Part shown: positions 40,295-49,031 of the stretch, in pieces | Position numbering within the stretch: the first letter of the stretch is position 1 | Layout: each line of letters starts with the position of its first letter | DNA from: Candidatus Poribacteria bacterium | GTDB taxonomy: Bacteria > Poribacteria > WGA-4E > WGA-3G | Reading direction: 5' to 3' | NCBI GenBank assembly: GCA_965198235.1 | Contig: OZ240248.1 | Span: forward strand, 3,552,001 to 3,616,000 | DNA length: 64,000 nucleotides | Notes under the pieces: generated by a model | What the model was told of the DNA's origin: nothing | Seen by the model: the letters and a program-made list of their open reading frames with translations, nothing else | The model's database searches: none | Position numbers and translations under genes: made by a program

Positions 40295-40450
40295 ATCGGT
40301 TACTTGTTACAGGTTATAGACAATGTATGGCTTTATATGGCTTTTTGTATTCAAGGAATGTAAGGGTTGGATTGACTTTATCGCGTAGTCGATACCAATT
40401 GGTTACTTGTTAGACACTATAGGCAGTGTATGGCTTTATATGGTTTTTCG
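40288..40450. repeat. Imperfect ~60-bp direct repeat, two copies 103 bp apart
   Basis: gatgccaatcggttacttgtta...tgtatggctttatatggctttt versus gataccaattggttacttgtta...tgtatggctttatatggttttt. Confidence 0.8.
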
Positions 40451-40698
40451 GCTTTGAGAGATGTGTTAAAAAGGACACATGTTATCTATTTTTCGTAGAA
40501 TTCGCTTGTATTGACGGACAATTTTTGATAAAATGTGAGTCCAGTAAAACTTACGTCAATTTCTTTTATGGCTCGGTTTCCGATTGAGGTTTTTTTGAGA
40601 AACGGTGTGTTTGAGAATTTCGGTTGAGACCTCATCGTGTCACATCGGCGTAAGTCCTGTTCACAATCTATTTTGAAGATGAGGATAAGGTAAAACAG

Positions 40699-41751
40699 AT
40701 GGCAGACAAGACATATCGTGTTGGAATTATTGGATGCGGTGGTATGGGCCGTTCCCATGTGAATAATTGGACAAGTACGGGTCGTGCCGAAGTTGTCACG
40801 GCTTCAGACATTAGCGCGGAATCGGCGGCGAAATTTGCGGGAGAGTTCGCTCTCCCCACGCACTATACCGATTTCGGTGAAATGTGCGAGAAAGAGGACT
40901 TGGACATCGTCAGTATTACGACGTGGCAGAGCGTCCGTGCGGAACCGACTATCGCCGCTGCGGCGAGCGGTGTACTCGGCGTTATTACCGAAAAACCGAT
41001 GGCGGGTTCGGTTGGCGATGCGCAAGACATGATGGATGCCTGTGAGAAGCACAATGTGAAGTTGGTCGTTGGACACCAACGGCGTTTCAGCCCCCAAAAT
41101 TGCGAGGCGCGCCGCCTTATCCAAGAAGGTGCCATCGGTCAGCCGCAGGCGATGCTCCGTCGCGATGGGCACGGGCTTTTGAACCGTGGCACCCATGAAA
41201 TCGACGAAATGCGCTACATCCTTGGTGATCCGGATCCGTTATGGCTTATTGGTCAGGTTGCACGCAAAACCGATCGCTGGGAACGACGTGTAAGAACTGA
41301 AGACTTGTGTATGGCGGAAATCTGCTTTGAAGGCGGTATCCGTGGCATCTACGAAAGCGATTTACCGGAACCCGTCCTCCGAGGCGATGTCGTCTATGGA
41401 GACGATGGGCAGCTCCGTCGTGGTGAAAACGGTGCGATTGAATTGCTCAACAGCAAAGCCGAAGGATGGCAGGTTATTGAACCCCGCCAAGGTGAACCGA
41501 ATCAATTTGATGAGATGTTAGCCTGGATTGAAGGTGGTGTTGATGAGCACCGCAATGCTGGTAAACATGGACTTTGCACGATAGAAATCCTGATGGCGAT
41601 TTATGAATCGTTGCGCCTCCAAGACGTTGTAACTTTCCCATTAAAAACGCGCCCCAACCCGCTTGACCTTTTGGTTGAAGGCGGTAAGTTACCGGTATTT
41701 GTTGAGGGACGTTACGATATCCGTGCGCCGTTCCCGGAAGAGACGAAGTAG
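40699..41751 (+). CDS. Gfo/Idh/MocA family oxidoreductase
   Basis: GIIGCGGMG, TEKPM, GHQRRF, GTHEID. Confidence 0.92.
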   Translation: MADKTYRVGIIGCGGMGRSHVNNWTSTGRAEVVTASDISAESAAKFAGEFALPTHYTDFGEMCEKEDLDIVSITTWQSVRAEPTIAAAASGVLGVITEKPMAGSVGDAQDMMDACEKHNVKLVVGHQRRFSPQNCEARRLIQEGAIGQPQAMLRRDGHGLLNRGTHEIDEMRYILGDPDPLWLIGQVARKTDRWERRVRTEDLCMAEICFEGGIRGIYESDLPEPVLRGDVVYGDDGQLRRGENGAIELLNSKAEGWQVIEPRQGEPNQFDEMLAWIEGGVDEHRNAGKHGLCTIEILMAIYESLRLQDVVTFPLKTRPNPLDLLVEGGKLPVFVEGRYDIRAPFPEETK

Positions 41752-41885
41752 CTTAATAGTTGTCGGTTGTCGGCTATCGGCGGTCAGTAAAGAGCGATTT
41801 GTGGCAGTCCGATGATTTGCAACTGCCACAACCCTGTACTGTACGAATTGCCGATTGCTGATTGCTGATTGCTGACAGCCATTAC

Positions 41886-42749
41886 TTAACAATCTACATC
41901 TTTCCCATCGCTACCGTAAACATCCATCCGTTCCTGTGTTGTGATCTCTCCGGCACTCGCCGGTTTGTAATGGAGTTGTAGCGCGCGCCGCCGTTGTTCC
42001 GATTGGTTCACAGGGCTTCCGTGATGGGTCAAACCGTGCCAGAAAAGGCATCCGCCCGGCTTAAGAGGAACCATCGTATCACGCGCAACTGGTACATCCG
42101 TATCGCAAATCTGCCAATCCCGACGTTTGAAATGGATCATCGGTCCCTCGTTATTTGAACCCGGTATGACGTGCAAACATCCGTTTTCAGGCGTGGCTTC
42201 GTCTAAGGCGATCCATACACCGACAACCGTTGTTCCCTCCGGTAGGTTAAAATAGGCGCAATCCTGATGCCACGCCTTTTCCGACCCGTGACGCGGCGGT
42301 TTGACGAGTGCCATATCTTGGAACAGTTCAGGTGTGTCCCCCACGATTTGTTCAAGTACACCGAGGAGTCCTGAATGGGTTGCTATCGCGTTCAGACGAG
42401 GTTCGTAGTCAACAAAACCGAAGATTTTCCTGATAGCGTCACGGCGTGCTTGACCCTCCAACTCATCCTTCTGCTTGACGAGTTTCGGTTCAAATTGGAT
42501 CGCTCGGAAATCAGGACACTTCCCATCCATGAGATGGAGCATACCTGCCAATGCGTCCTCGATTTCGGTAGGACTGAAGGCATCGTTGATGACGAGGTAG
42601 CCGTGGCGATGAAAGTATTCGATGTCTGCCTCAGTCACGGCTGGAAACCCACCCGTAATCCCCTCGGCAGCCGTGTCAAAACGATAGAGATCGAGTGGAT
42701 ATGGGATTTGGGCGATGTCTGTCCGTTCGCTTGTCGTTGGGGTGTTCAT
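41886..42749 (-). CDS. PhyH-family dioxygenase
   Basis: HGYLVI, WHQD, WIALDEATPENGCLHVIPGS, HHGS. Confidence 0.92.
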   Translation of the reverse strand: MNTPTTSERTDIAQIPYPLDLYRFDTAAEGITGGFPAVTEADIEYFHRHGYLVINDAFSPTEIEDALAGMLHLMDGKCPDFRAIQFEPKLVKQKDELEGQARRDAIRKIFGFVDYEPRLNAIATHSGLLGVLEQIVGDTPELFQDMALVKPPRHGSEKAWHQDCAYFNLPEGTTVVGVWIALDEATPENGCLHVIPGSNNEGPMIHFKRRDWQICDTDVPVARDTMVPLKPGGCLFWHGLTHHGSPVNQSEQRRRALQLHYKPASAGEITTQERMDVYGSDGKDVDC

Positions 42750-42767
42750 ACATAAATTCCTTTTATA

Positions 42768-42958
42768 GTTGTCAGTTATCAGTACGCTTACTCCGTTCGC
42801 TTTCAGTTATCAGTACGCTCACTTCGTTCGCTTTCGGTTAATAGTTACAAGAGGCATTTATTAAACGAAACCTCTTAACTGATAACCGATAACCGAAAGG
42901 GTTGCGTAGCAACCCGTACTACAACTCTTATGCGTAGCAATCTATTCTGACGACTGGA
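42768..42958. repeat. Heptamer-armed hairpin element with 31-bp tandem duplication and GAAAG..CGTAC modules
   Basis: CAGTTAT-type arm on the left, AACTGAT/AACCGAT arm on the right. 42773-42803 is repeated at 42804-42834. Confidence 0.65.
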
Positions 42959-42970
42959 AGCCATCACGTC

Positions 42971-43984
42971 TTAAATTTCTCCGTCGCCTTCGCGGGTCAT
43001 TAGGGTCAGAAAATCGTCAACCCGATCGATTGCGGCTTGGGCGCGATCGCGTGCCGATGCGTCCTTCTCCTCTTCAGCCAACCACTGCCGCCGTTTCGGA
43101 AGCCACTCGTTTTTCAGATAGTCAAGTTGGTTCAGGAAGTGGGGATCTTCGGTTTCACTGACGAAGTACTCAATCAGACCCAGCAATCCGTATTTACGGT
43201 TTATCTCCATATCGTCTAATTCACCTACCATTTGTGTGAAAAGCTGCTGGTTCCTGTCTTGTCGGGCTTGGGCGACTTCGCGCGAGGACTCAGTCAGAAG
43301 TTTGTCGACGAATTCCTGCTTGGAATTAATCCAACGTGGCAGGCTCCGGACGTAATCCTCAAGGTCAAAATTTCCGCGTTGGAGCGCGAAATAGGAGTGG
43401 ATGTGAATGTTTCGGAAGAAAGCGGTATACCCAACATTTGGATCCATGGTGTCAGCATCGTAGAGGATCTGGTTTTCAATCCTATTATAGAGCAGTTTAA
43501 AGTCCTCCGCTGTGAGATTCATCGGCTTTAGGTGCGCGAGGACAACAGACGTTGCAGCTTCCACGAAATCGGATTCAAAGTCGTACATTCCCAAGATGTT
43601 CTCGGTAATGACTGCCCCGGATTCGTGATGTACCTTGCCGTGGAGGTTGTGCTTACTGTAAAGCTCGGTAACGACGTTCTGACCGGCAGGGGTGAGTGTC
43701 TCGTTTAACCAGAAACCGCTGTGGTCAAGGACACGTTGTCCATTGTCGTCAGTCAAGATAACGCCGTCGTATCGTTTGGTGATGTCGTGCAGGGTGCCGG
43801 CGACTTCAAGTAGCTTCACATCGCCACCTTCCCGCTTACCGAGTTCCATGCTCATCGCACGCACACGCATGGTGTGGTTCCATGTATAGTGTCGCCACTG
43901 GAAACCTACGCGGTTGTGTTCCCAGAGTCCGAAGGTTTCATTGACTAAAGTTTCCAATTCATTCAAGACTTGGCTGTAGTTCAT
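42971..43984 (-). CDS. HD domain-containing metal-dependent phosphohydrolase
   Basis: NHTMRV, LHDITK, HH, YDADTMD. Confidence 0.8.
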   Translation of the reverse strand: MNYSQVLNELETLVNETFGLWEHNRVGFQWRHYTWNHTMRVRAMSMELGKREGGDVKLLEVAGTLHDITKRYDGVILTDDNGQRVLDHSGFWLNETLTPAGQNVVTELYSKHNLHGKVHHESGAVITENILGMYDFESDFVEAATSVVLAHLKPMNLTAEDFKLLYNRIENQILYDADTMDPNVGYTAFFRNIHIHSYFALQRGNFDLEDYVRSLPRWINSKQEFVDKLLTESSREVAQARQDRNQQLFTQMVGELDDMEINRKYGLLGLIEYFVSETEDPHFLNQLDYLKNEWLPKRRQWLAEEEKDASARDRAQAAIDRVDDFLTLMTREGDGEI

Positions 43985-44171
43985 TTTTTAATTTTTCCTT
44001 GCGGTTAAAGTTCGTGCGTTTCGATTTTGACGGGCGTTGCTTATATCCGCCCTCCACTACGTTACGGGCTACGGATTTTTGAGTCTATTTCAAGAGGAAA
44101 CCTTTGTAGGACGAACCCCTCTTTACTGACTGCTGATTGCTGGCTGCTAATTGCCATCCGCCAAATCCGCG

Positions 44172-44951
44172 TCAGGCGTTATATTTCACTTCAGTGAGGG
44201 ACAATCCGTGCGCGGGGACTGACATCCCTGCTGCGGCTCGGTCTTTGGCATCTAAAATGCGACGAAGTTGCATTTCAGCGTCTTGGCATTTCATATTTTG
44301 GGCGCAGCTTGTAGGTTTCCAAAACTTTCTATTAAGCGTTAGAACGGTGCCGGTGATGGCGCGAACCATACCTCGCAGAAACGAATCCGCTTCGATCTCA
44401 AAATAGACGTACGGTTCTTTTTTCCTCCAGCGCGCCTCATAAATCTCGCAAACGGGGTTTATTCGGTCACTCCCTGCCTTTTGGAAGGAGGAGAAATCGT
44501 GTGTGCCGACCAGCGTTTGGCAAAGATCGTTGGTTCTCGGAACGTTGATTTCTGTCGGGAAGCAGTAACTTGCTTGTCGCATAAGTGCGCTCGGATATTC
44601 CCGATTCAAAATCGTGTATCGGTATCGCCTGCTTGTCGCACTGAAACGGGCGTGGAACTCAGTGGACACCTCTGTTGCGGAACAAACGACGATATCCCGA
44701 GGCAGAATAGCGTTGAGTCCTTTCTGAAATGCGACGACGGGTATCTGTGAATCCGTGTGGAAGTTGGCGACTTGTCCCTCCGCGTGGACACCGGTATCGG
44801 TCCTCCCCGCCCCGATGATCTGTATCGGGGTTTTGGTTAGCTTTGCCAAAGCATCTTCGATTGTGCCTTGGACTGTCGGCAAGTGCGGTTGCGTCTGCCA
44901 GCCGTGATAATTCGTGCCATCGTATTCAAGCACGAGTTTAATGTTTCGCAT
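44172..44951 (-). CDS. truA: tRNA pseudouridine(38-40) synthase
   Basis: YDGTNYHGWQ, AGRTDTGVHA, FHARFSA, FLRGMVR. Confidence 0.96.
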   Translation of the reverse strand: MRNIKLVLEYDGTNYHGWQTQPHLPTVQGTIEDALAKLTKTPIQIIGAGRTDTGVHAEGQVANFHTDSQIPVVAFQKGLNAILPRDIVVCSATEVSTEFHARFSATSRRYRYTILNREYPSALMRQASYCFPTEINVPRTNDLCQTLVGTHDFSSFQKAGSDRINPVCEIYEARWRKKEPYVYFEIEADSFLRGMVRAITGTVLTLNRKFWKPTSCAQNMKCQDAEMQLRRILDAKDRAAAGMSVPAHGLSLTEVKYNA

Positions 44952-45139
44952 TGTGTCGCCCTATTATAGGGTTCGTAGATGTCTGATAGATAAAGGGTAT
45001 CACATTCCTGCATTAAGTGTCAAATCAATTGTGGAGCGGCTACCTAACAAGAACTTGATAATTTCTTTTACGATATGCTATTATATTTTCATTGAGAGAC
45101 AGTGGCGAATACAGGTCGTGGTGATAGGAGGGATTGTTT

Positions 45140-45949
45140 ATGGTCAGCCGACAAGAGATTCAGGCTACTTGTGATGACATCGTGCGCGAATTCGCGCCGC
45201 TACAGGTGATCCTCTTTGGCTCTTATGGGTATGGCACCCCTACGGAGGATTCGGATGTCGATTTACTCGTCGTCATGGCGATTTCAGAGTCGGAGACGCG
45301 TCGCCAAGCGGCAGAAATTAGACAGCGCATCCCCCACCGCTTCCCTATGGATTTGCTTGTCCGGTCGCCGGAAGATATTGCTTATCGCCTCTCATATAAT
45401 GACTGGTTTCTTCGCGAGATAACCGAAAAAGGAGAGGTCCTTTATGGCACTGCGGATCCCTTGCAACGTGCGCTTGCGAGATGTTCTGCTACATGCCGCG
45501 ATGCATTGGAAAAGGAGAAGGAGGCAATGAATCCGTTGACATTGGAGTGGACCCAAAAGGCTGAGGGTGATTATACTATCATGCACCAGAATTATCACTC
45601 ATCGAATCCAGTACACGATGCCATCTGCTTCCATGCCCAGCAGTGTATTGAAAAATATCTCAAAGCGTGGCTTCAAGAGGCGAACATTCCCTTTACGAGG
45701 ACACACGATTTAGAAAGGCTACTAAGTTTGATTATTCCGACGATTCCTGCTTGGGAGGCTTGGGAAGCCGATTTCTCAACGGTTTCTGAACATGCGGTGG
45801 ATTTCCGTTATCCGGGCAAAGCGGCGACTGTTGCTGATGCCCAACACGCTCTAAAAACTTGTGTTCGGGTTCGCCAAGCGATTCGGGAACAGTTGGGATT
45901 ACCTCCCAATGTAGCAAGCGACGATCAGCTGCTGACACCTGATGAATAA
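45140..45949 (+). CDS. Fused minimal nucleotidyltransferase (MNT) + HEPN protein
   Basis: LFGSYGYG...DSDVDL followed in frame by AEGD...CFHAQQCIEKYLKA...THDL...RYPG. Internal RBS and ATG at 45527. Confidence 0.85.
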   Translation: MVSRQEIQATCDDIVREFAPLQVILFGSYGYGTPTEDSDVDLLVVMAISESETRRQAAEIRQRIPHRFPMDLLVRSPEDIAYRLSYNDWFLREITEKGEVLYGTADPLQRALARCSATCRDALEKEKEAMNPLTLEWTQKAEGDYTIMHQNYHSSNPVHDAICFHAQQCIEKYLKAWLQEANIPFTRTHDLERLLSLIIPTIPAWEAWEADFSTVSEHAVDFRYPGKAATVADAQHALKTCVRVRQAIREQLGLPPNVASDDQLLTPDE

Positions 45950-46073
45950 CCACCTTTGATCACGGTTCCCCCGACTTTTATCTCTGATCCGAATCGGTCT
46001 GAAAAGCGTAGGAAATTCTTGTGTGTAAACGATGGACAATTATCAGTTGCACTGATAGGCGGGGCATTCCGAG

Positions 46074-47081
46074 ATGAAAAACGAAACTCAGGTCTATGAC
46101 ATCCAAGAAAGTCAGCGCGGGACACGTCTCGACCGCTTTCTTATCAGCGCAACGGAAGGTGTATCTCGAACCTATCTTCAGCGATTGATTCGCGATGGTG
46201 ATGTCACTGTTAACGGCAAGATTGCTAAACAACCGAGTTATGCGCTGCGAGACGGTGATCAGGTGTGCTTGACGCTTCCACCGCCGCGTCCTTTGGATAC
46301 TGCCCAACCTGAGCGAATTTCTCTTGACATCCTTCACGAGGATAGCCATTTAATCGTTCTGAATAAACCCGCGGGTATGCTGGTTCATCCCGCGAACGGG
46401 GTGAATGTTGGCACGCTTGTCAACGCATTGCTCGCACATTGTACAGACCTGTCCGGCATCGGTGGTGTGGCGCGACCGGGGATTGTTCACAGGCTGGACA
46501 AGGGGACGTCAGGCGTGCTCGTTGTTGCGAAGACGGATGTGGTGCATCGGGGACTCTCTGTTCAATTTGAACGGCATAGCATTACACGTCAGTACGTCGC
46601 CGTGGTGTGTGGGGCGCCTACGGAAACAGCAGGGACGATTGATGCACGAATTGCGCGGAGCCGACGGGATCGACGGCGGATGACGACGGTTGAAACAGGC
46701 GGACGGCATGCTGTCACGCACTGTGAGGTTTTAGAGAGGTATCCCCAATTCGCACTTGTTCAACTGACATTAGAAACCGGGCGACTCCATCAGATTCGTG
46801 TGCATCTGCAACATATTGGACATCCAGTGGTTGGTGATGCCGTTTATGGTGGCGAACAACGTGCTATGAACGATGCCGACACGCCGGAACTGAAACAGGC
46901 GCTCTCGCAACTGAAGCGTCAAGCGTTGCATGCACGCTTGCTCGGTTTTGAACATCCAGCAACGGGGGAACACTTGACTTTTTCAGCAGAGTTGCCGGAA
47001 GATATGCAGTACCTCGTTGATGCCTTAAGGAAAAAACAGCGCGGTAGCTCATTTGATGGAAAAGAGTTCAGGAGTCGGTAG
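46074..47081 (+). CDS. rluD: RluA-family 23S rRNA pseudouridine synthase (RluD-like, S4 domain)
   Basis: RLDRFL S4 domain, NKPAGMLVHP, HRLDKGTSG, TGRLHQIRVH, RQALHA. Confidence 0.88.
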   Translation: MKNETQVYDIQESQRGTRLDRFLISATEGVSRTYLQRLIRDGDVTVNGKIAKQPSYALRDGDQVCLTLPPPRPLDTAQPERISLDILHEDSHLIVLNKPAGMLVHPANGVNVGTLVNALLAHCTDLSGIGGVARPGIVHRLDKGTSGVLVVAKTDVVHRGLSVQFERHSITRQYVAVVCGAPTETAGTIDARIARSRRDRRRMTTVETGGRHAVTHCEVLERYPQFALVQLTLETGRLHQIRVHLQHIGHPVVGDAVYGGEQRAMNDADTPELKQALSQLKRQALHARLLGFEHPATGEHLTFSAELPEDMQYLVDALRKKQRGSSFDGKEFRSR

Positions 47082-47188
47082 TTTGGAAACGCCAAACCCA
47101 ACAAGAGAAGGGGTGCCGCATCGAGAGATGTGCACGACTTGCCTTGTTCCCGTTGTATGTGCTATACTTGTAAAAAAGGAGGCTTCTC

Positions 47189-47569
47189 ATGTCAGATCAA
47201 GATTTTCGAGAGCGTGTGCTATCTGCCCTAGAACGGCTGGAGCAGAAATCTGAGCGGCTGGATCAGAAATCTGAGCGGCTGGATCAAAAGTTTGAGCAAA
47301 AGTTTGACGCTCTGGATCAAAAGTTTGAGCAGAAGTTTGACGCTCTGGATCAAAAGTTTGAGCAAAAGTTTGACGCTCTGGATCAAAAGCTTGAGAAGAA
47401 GTTTGACGCCCTGGAAACCCGTTTGGGCCTTTTGGAACAAGGTGTAAGTTGGATTCGAGGGAAGTTAGAGGGGAAGGCAGAGGTTGGTGCGACTTTGGTG
47501 AGTCGTATAGCAGTCGGGACCGCAATTGTCTCTGCCATAATTGCTTTATTCGCTCTGTTTAGGTCATAA
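47189..47569 (+). CDS. Small coiled-coil repeat protein with C-terminal membrane anchor
   Basis: RBS AGGAGG, heptad and hendecad repeats, hydrophobic C-terminus. Confidence 0.8.
   Translation: MSDQDFRERVLSALERLEQKSERLDQKSERLDQKFEQKFDALDQKFEQKFDALDQKFEQKFDALDQKLEKKFDALETRLGLLEQGVSWIRGKLEGKAEVGATLVSRIAVGTAIVSAIIALFALFRS
47237..47410 (+). repeat. Intragenic VNTR: 2x21 bp plus 4x33 bp
   Basis: ctggaKcagaaatctgagcgg x2, then ctggatcaaaagtttgagcaaaagtttgacgct x4 (last copy diverged). Confidence 0.92.
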
Positions 47570-47719
47570 TTGAGGTTGGCATGCTAAAAAACATAGTTAT
47601 GTTCTGGCAATGGCGTGGTCTGTAGGTTATTCCGTGTGCTACGGTTGTAGCAGAATTTTCGTAGCACGAGAGCCACGTGTTTCGTAAACTTCATCAGAAA
47701 CAGAAAAGGAAATCTATCT

Positions 47720-48706
47720 ATGGAATATGTCAATTTTGGAAAAGCAGGGGTTAAAGTAAGTCCACTCGCATTGGGTTTAGGACTCAGAGGACAAAGCGAT
47801 GCCGATGATGCCCAAAGACTCATTGAACACGCCATCGATTCCGGTATCAACCTCATCGATTGTGCCAACATCTATGGACTTATGGACGATCGCGCCAACA
47901 TCGGTCGTTCTGAGGAGGTTCTCGGTAAAGCGATTCAGGGCAAACGCGATGACGTGGTGATTACGTCGAAGGTTTTCAGCCAGATTGGTCCGGGTCCCAA
48001 CGACAGCGGTTTGTCACGATTCCATATTATGCGGGAAGTGGAGCGTTCTTTATCACGTCTCAATACTGACCATATTGATGTTTACCTCATCCACGCGCCT
48101 GATGAAACGACCCCACAGGAAGAAACGGTTCGCGCAATGGACGATCTCGTGCGTTCGGGCAAGGTGCGCTATATCGGTTGTTGTAATCATCAGGCATGGC
48201 AGGCGTGTAAGGCACTCTGGATCGCCGATCGGATTAACGCAACGCCCTATATGTGTCTTCAGAACATGTATAACCTGCTGAATCGAGATACGGAAACCGA
48301 GCTGTTCGGTTTGGTACGTGAGGAAGGGTTAGGCGTTATGTGTTATAGCCCGTTGGCGGTGGGCTTGTTGAGCGGTGTTTATTCACCGGATGAACCGCCT
48401 CCGGCTGGTACTTTGTGGGGGACACGGTTACGTGATGAGTTTTCGCAACGAATGAGTGGCGCAACCGGACAGGTGATTGTAACTCTCAAGCGACTCGCAG
48501 CGGAATTGGGAAAAACGTCTGCACAGCTCGCTGTGGCGTGGGTGTTATCGCATCCAGAGGTTACCGTCGCAATCAGTGGTAGCGACACGATTGAGCAGCT
48601 TGACGATACACTTGGTGGTGTTGGTTGGGAACTTGATCCGGCGGTTCGTGAGGAGTTGGACGAGGTATCGAGTTCGTTTGTGCGTCTCATCGCACCACCC
48701 GCTTAA
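47720..48706 (+). CDS. Aldo/keto reductase
   Basis: IDCANIYG, SLSRLNTDHIDVYLIH, GKVRYIG, YSPLAVGLL. Confidence 0.92.
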   Translation: MEYVNFGKAGVKVSPLALGLGLRGQSDADDAQRLIEHAIDSGINLIDCANIYGLMDDRANIGRSEEVLGKAIQGKRDDVVITSKVFSQIGPGPNDSGLSRFHIMREVERSLSRLNTDHIDVYLIHAPDETTPQEETVRAMDDLVRSGKVRYIGCCNHQAWQACKALWIADRINATPYMCLQNMYNLLNRDTETELFGLVREEGLGVMCYSPLAVGLLSGVYSPDEPPPAGTLWGTRLRDEFSQRMSGATGQVIVTLKRLAAELGKTSAQLAVAWVLSHPEVTVAISGSDTIEQLDDTLGGVGWELDPAVREELDEVSSSFVRLIAPPA

Positions 48707-48737
48707 TGGCGGTCAGCAGTCGGTAAGTTCATTCTTT

Positions 48738-48968
48738 GTAGGTTGGGTTGAAGGGAAGTTTACTAAAACCACTTGTAGAAGAAGGCTTTTTAAGTTTCAT
48801 TGGAAGCCGAAATTTCCGAAGTACGAGTGAAACCCAACACTTTTTTATCTCTGGAGGGGTTGGTTGTTGGGTTTCGCTATATCCTATCTACGCGAAGGCT
48901 CATTGAGAAGTAGAATTTTCCGTGTAAATCAGATAAATTTTGATCTTTTACCGCTCAACCCAACCTAC
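48738..48968. repeat. Inverted pair of expanded family A REP elements
   Basis: GTAGGTTGGGTTGA...GAAACCCAAC at 48738-48838 and its inverse at 48866-48968, each with about 70 bp of different filler. Confidence 0.7.
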
Positions 48969-48988
48969 GTCTACACTTTTACAAAAAC

Positions 48989-49018
48989 GAAAAGAGGCGG
49001 ATCCAAAGGTCCGCCTCT
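48989..49018 (-). terminator. Rho-independent terminator
   Basis: AGAGGCGGA/TCCGCCTCT stem with an adjacent A-run (U-tract on minus), just downstream of the 49032 stop. Confidence 0.65.
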
Positions 49019-49031
49019 ATGTTTTATGCTG

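Noticed and set aside
40288-40450. Mini-CRISPR or attachment sites
   Set aside because: Only two imperfect ~60-bp copies, with no integrase or cas gene nearby.
47237-47410. Possible CRISPR array
   Set aside because: Repeats are contiguous with no spacers, are multiples of 3 and lie inside a CDS. No cas genes are present.
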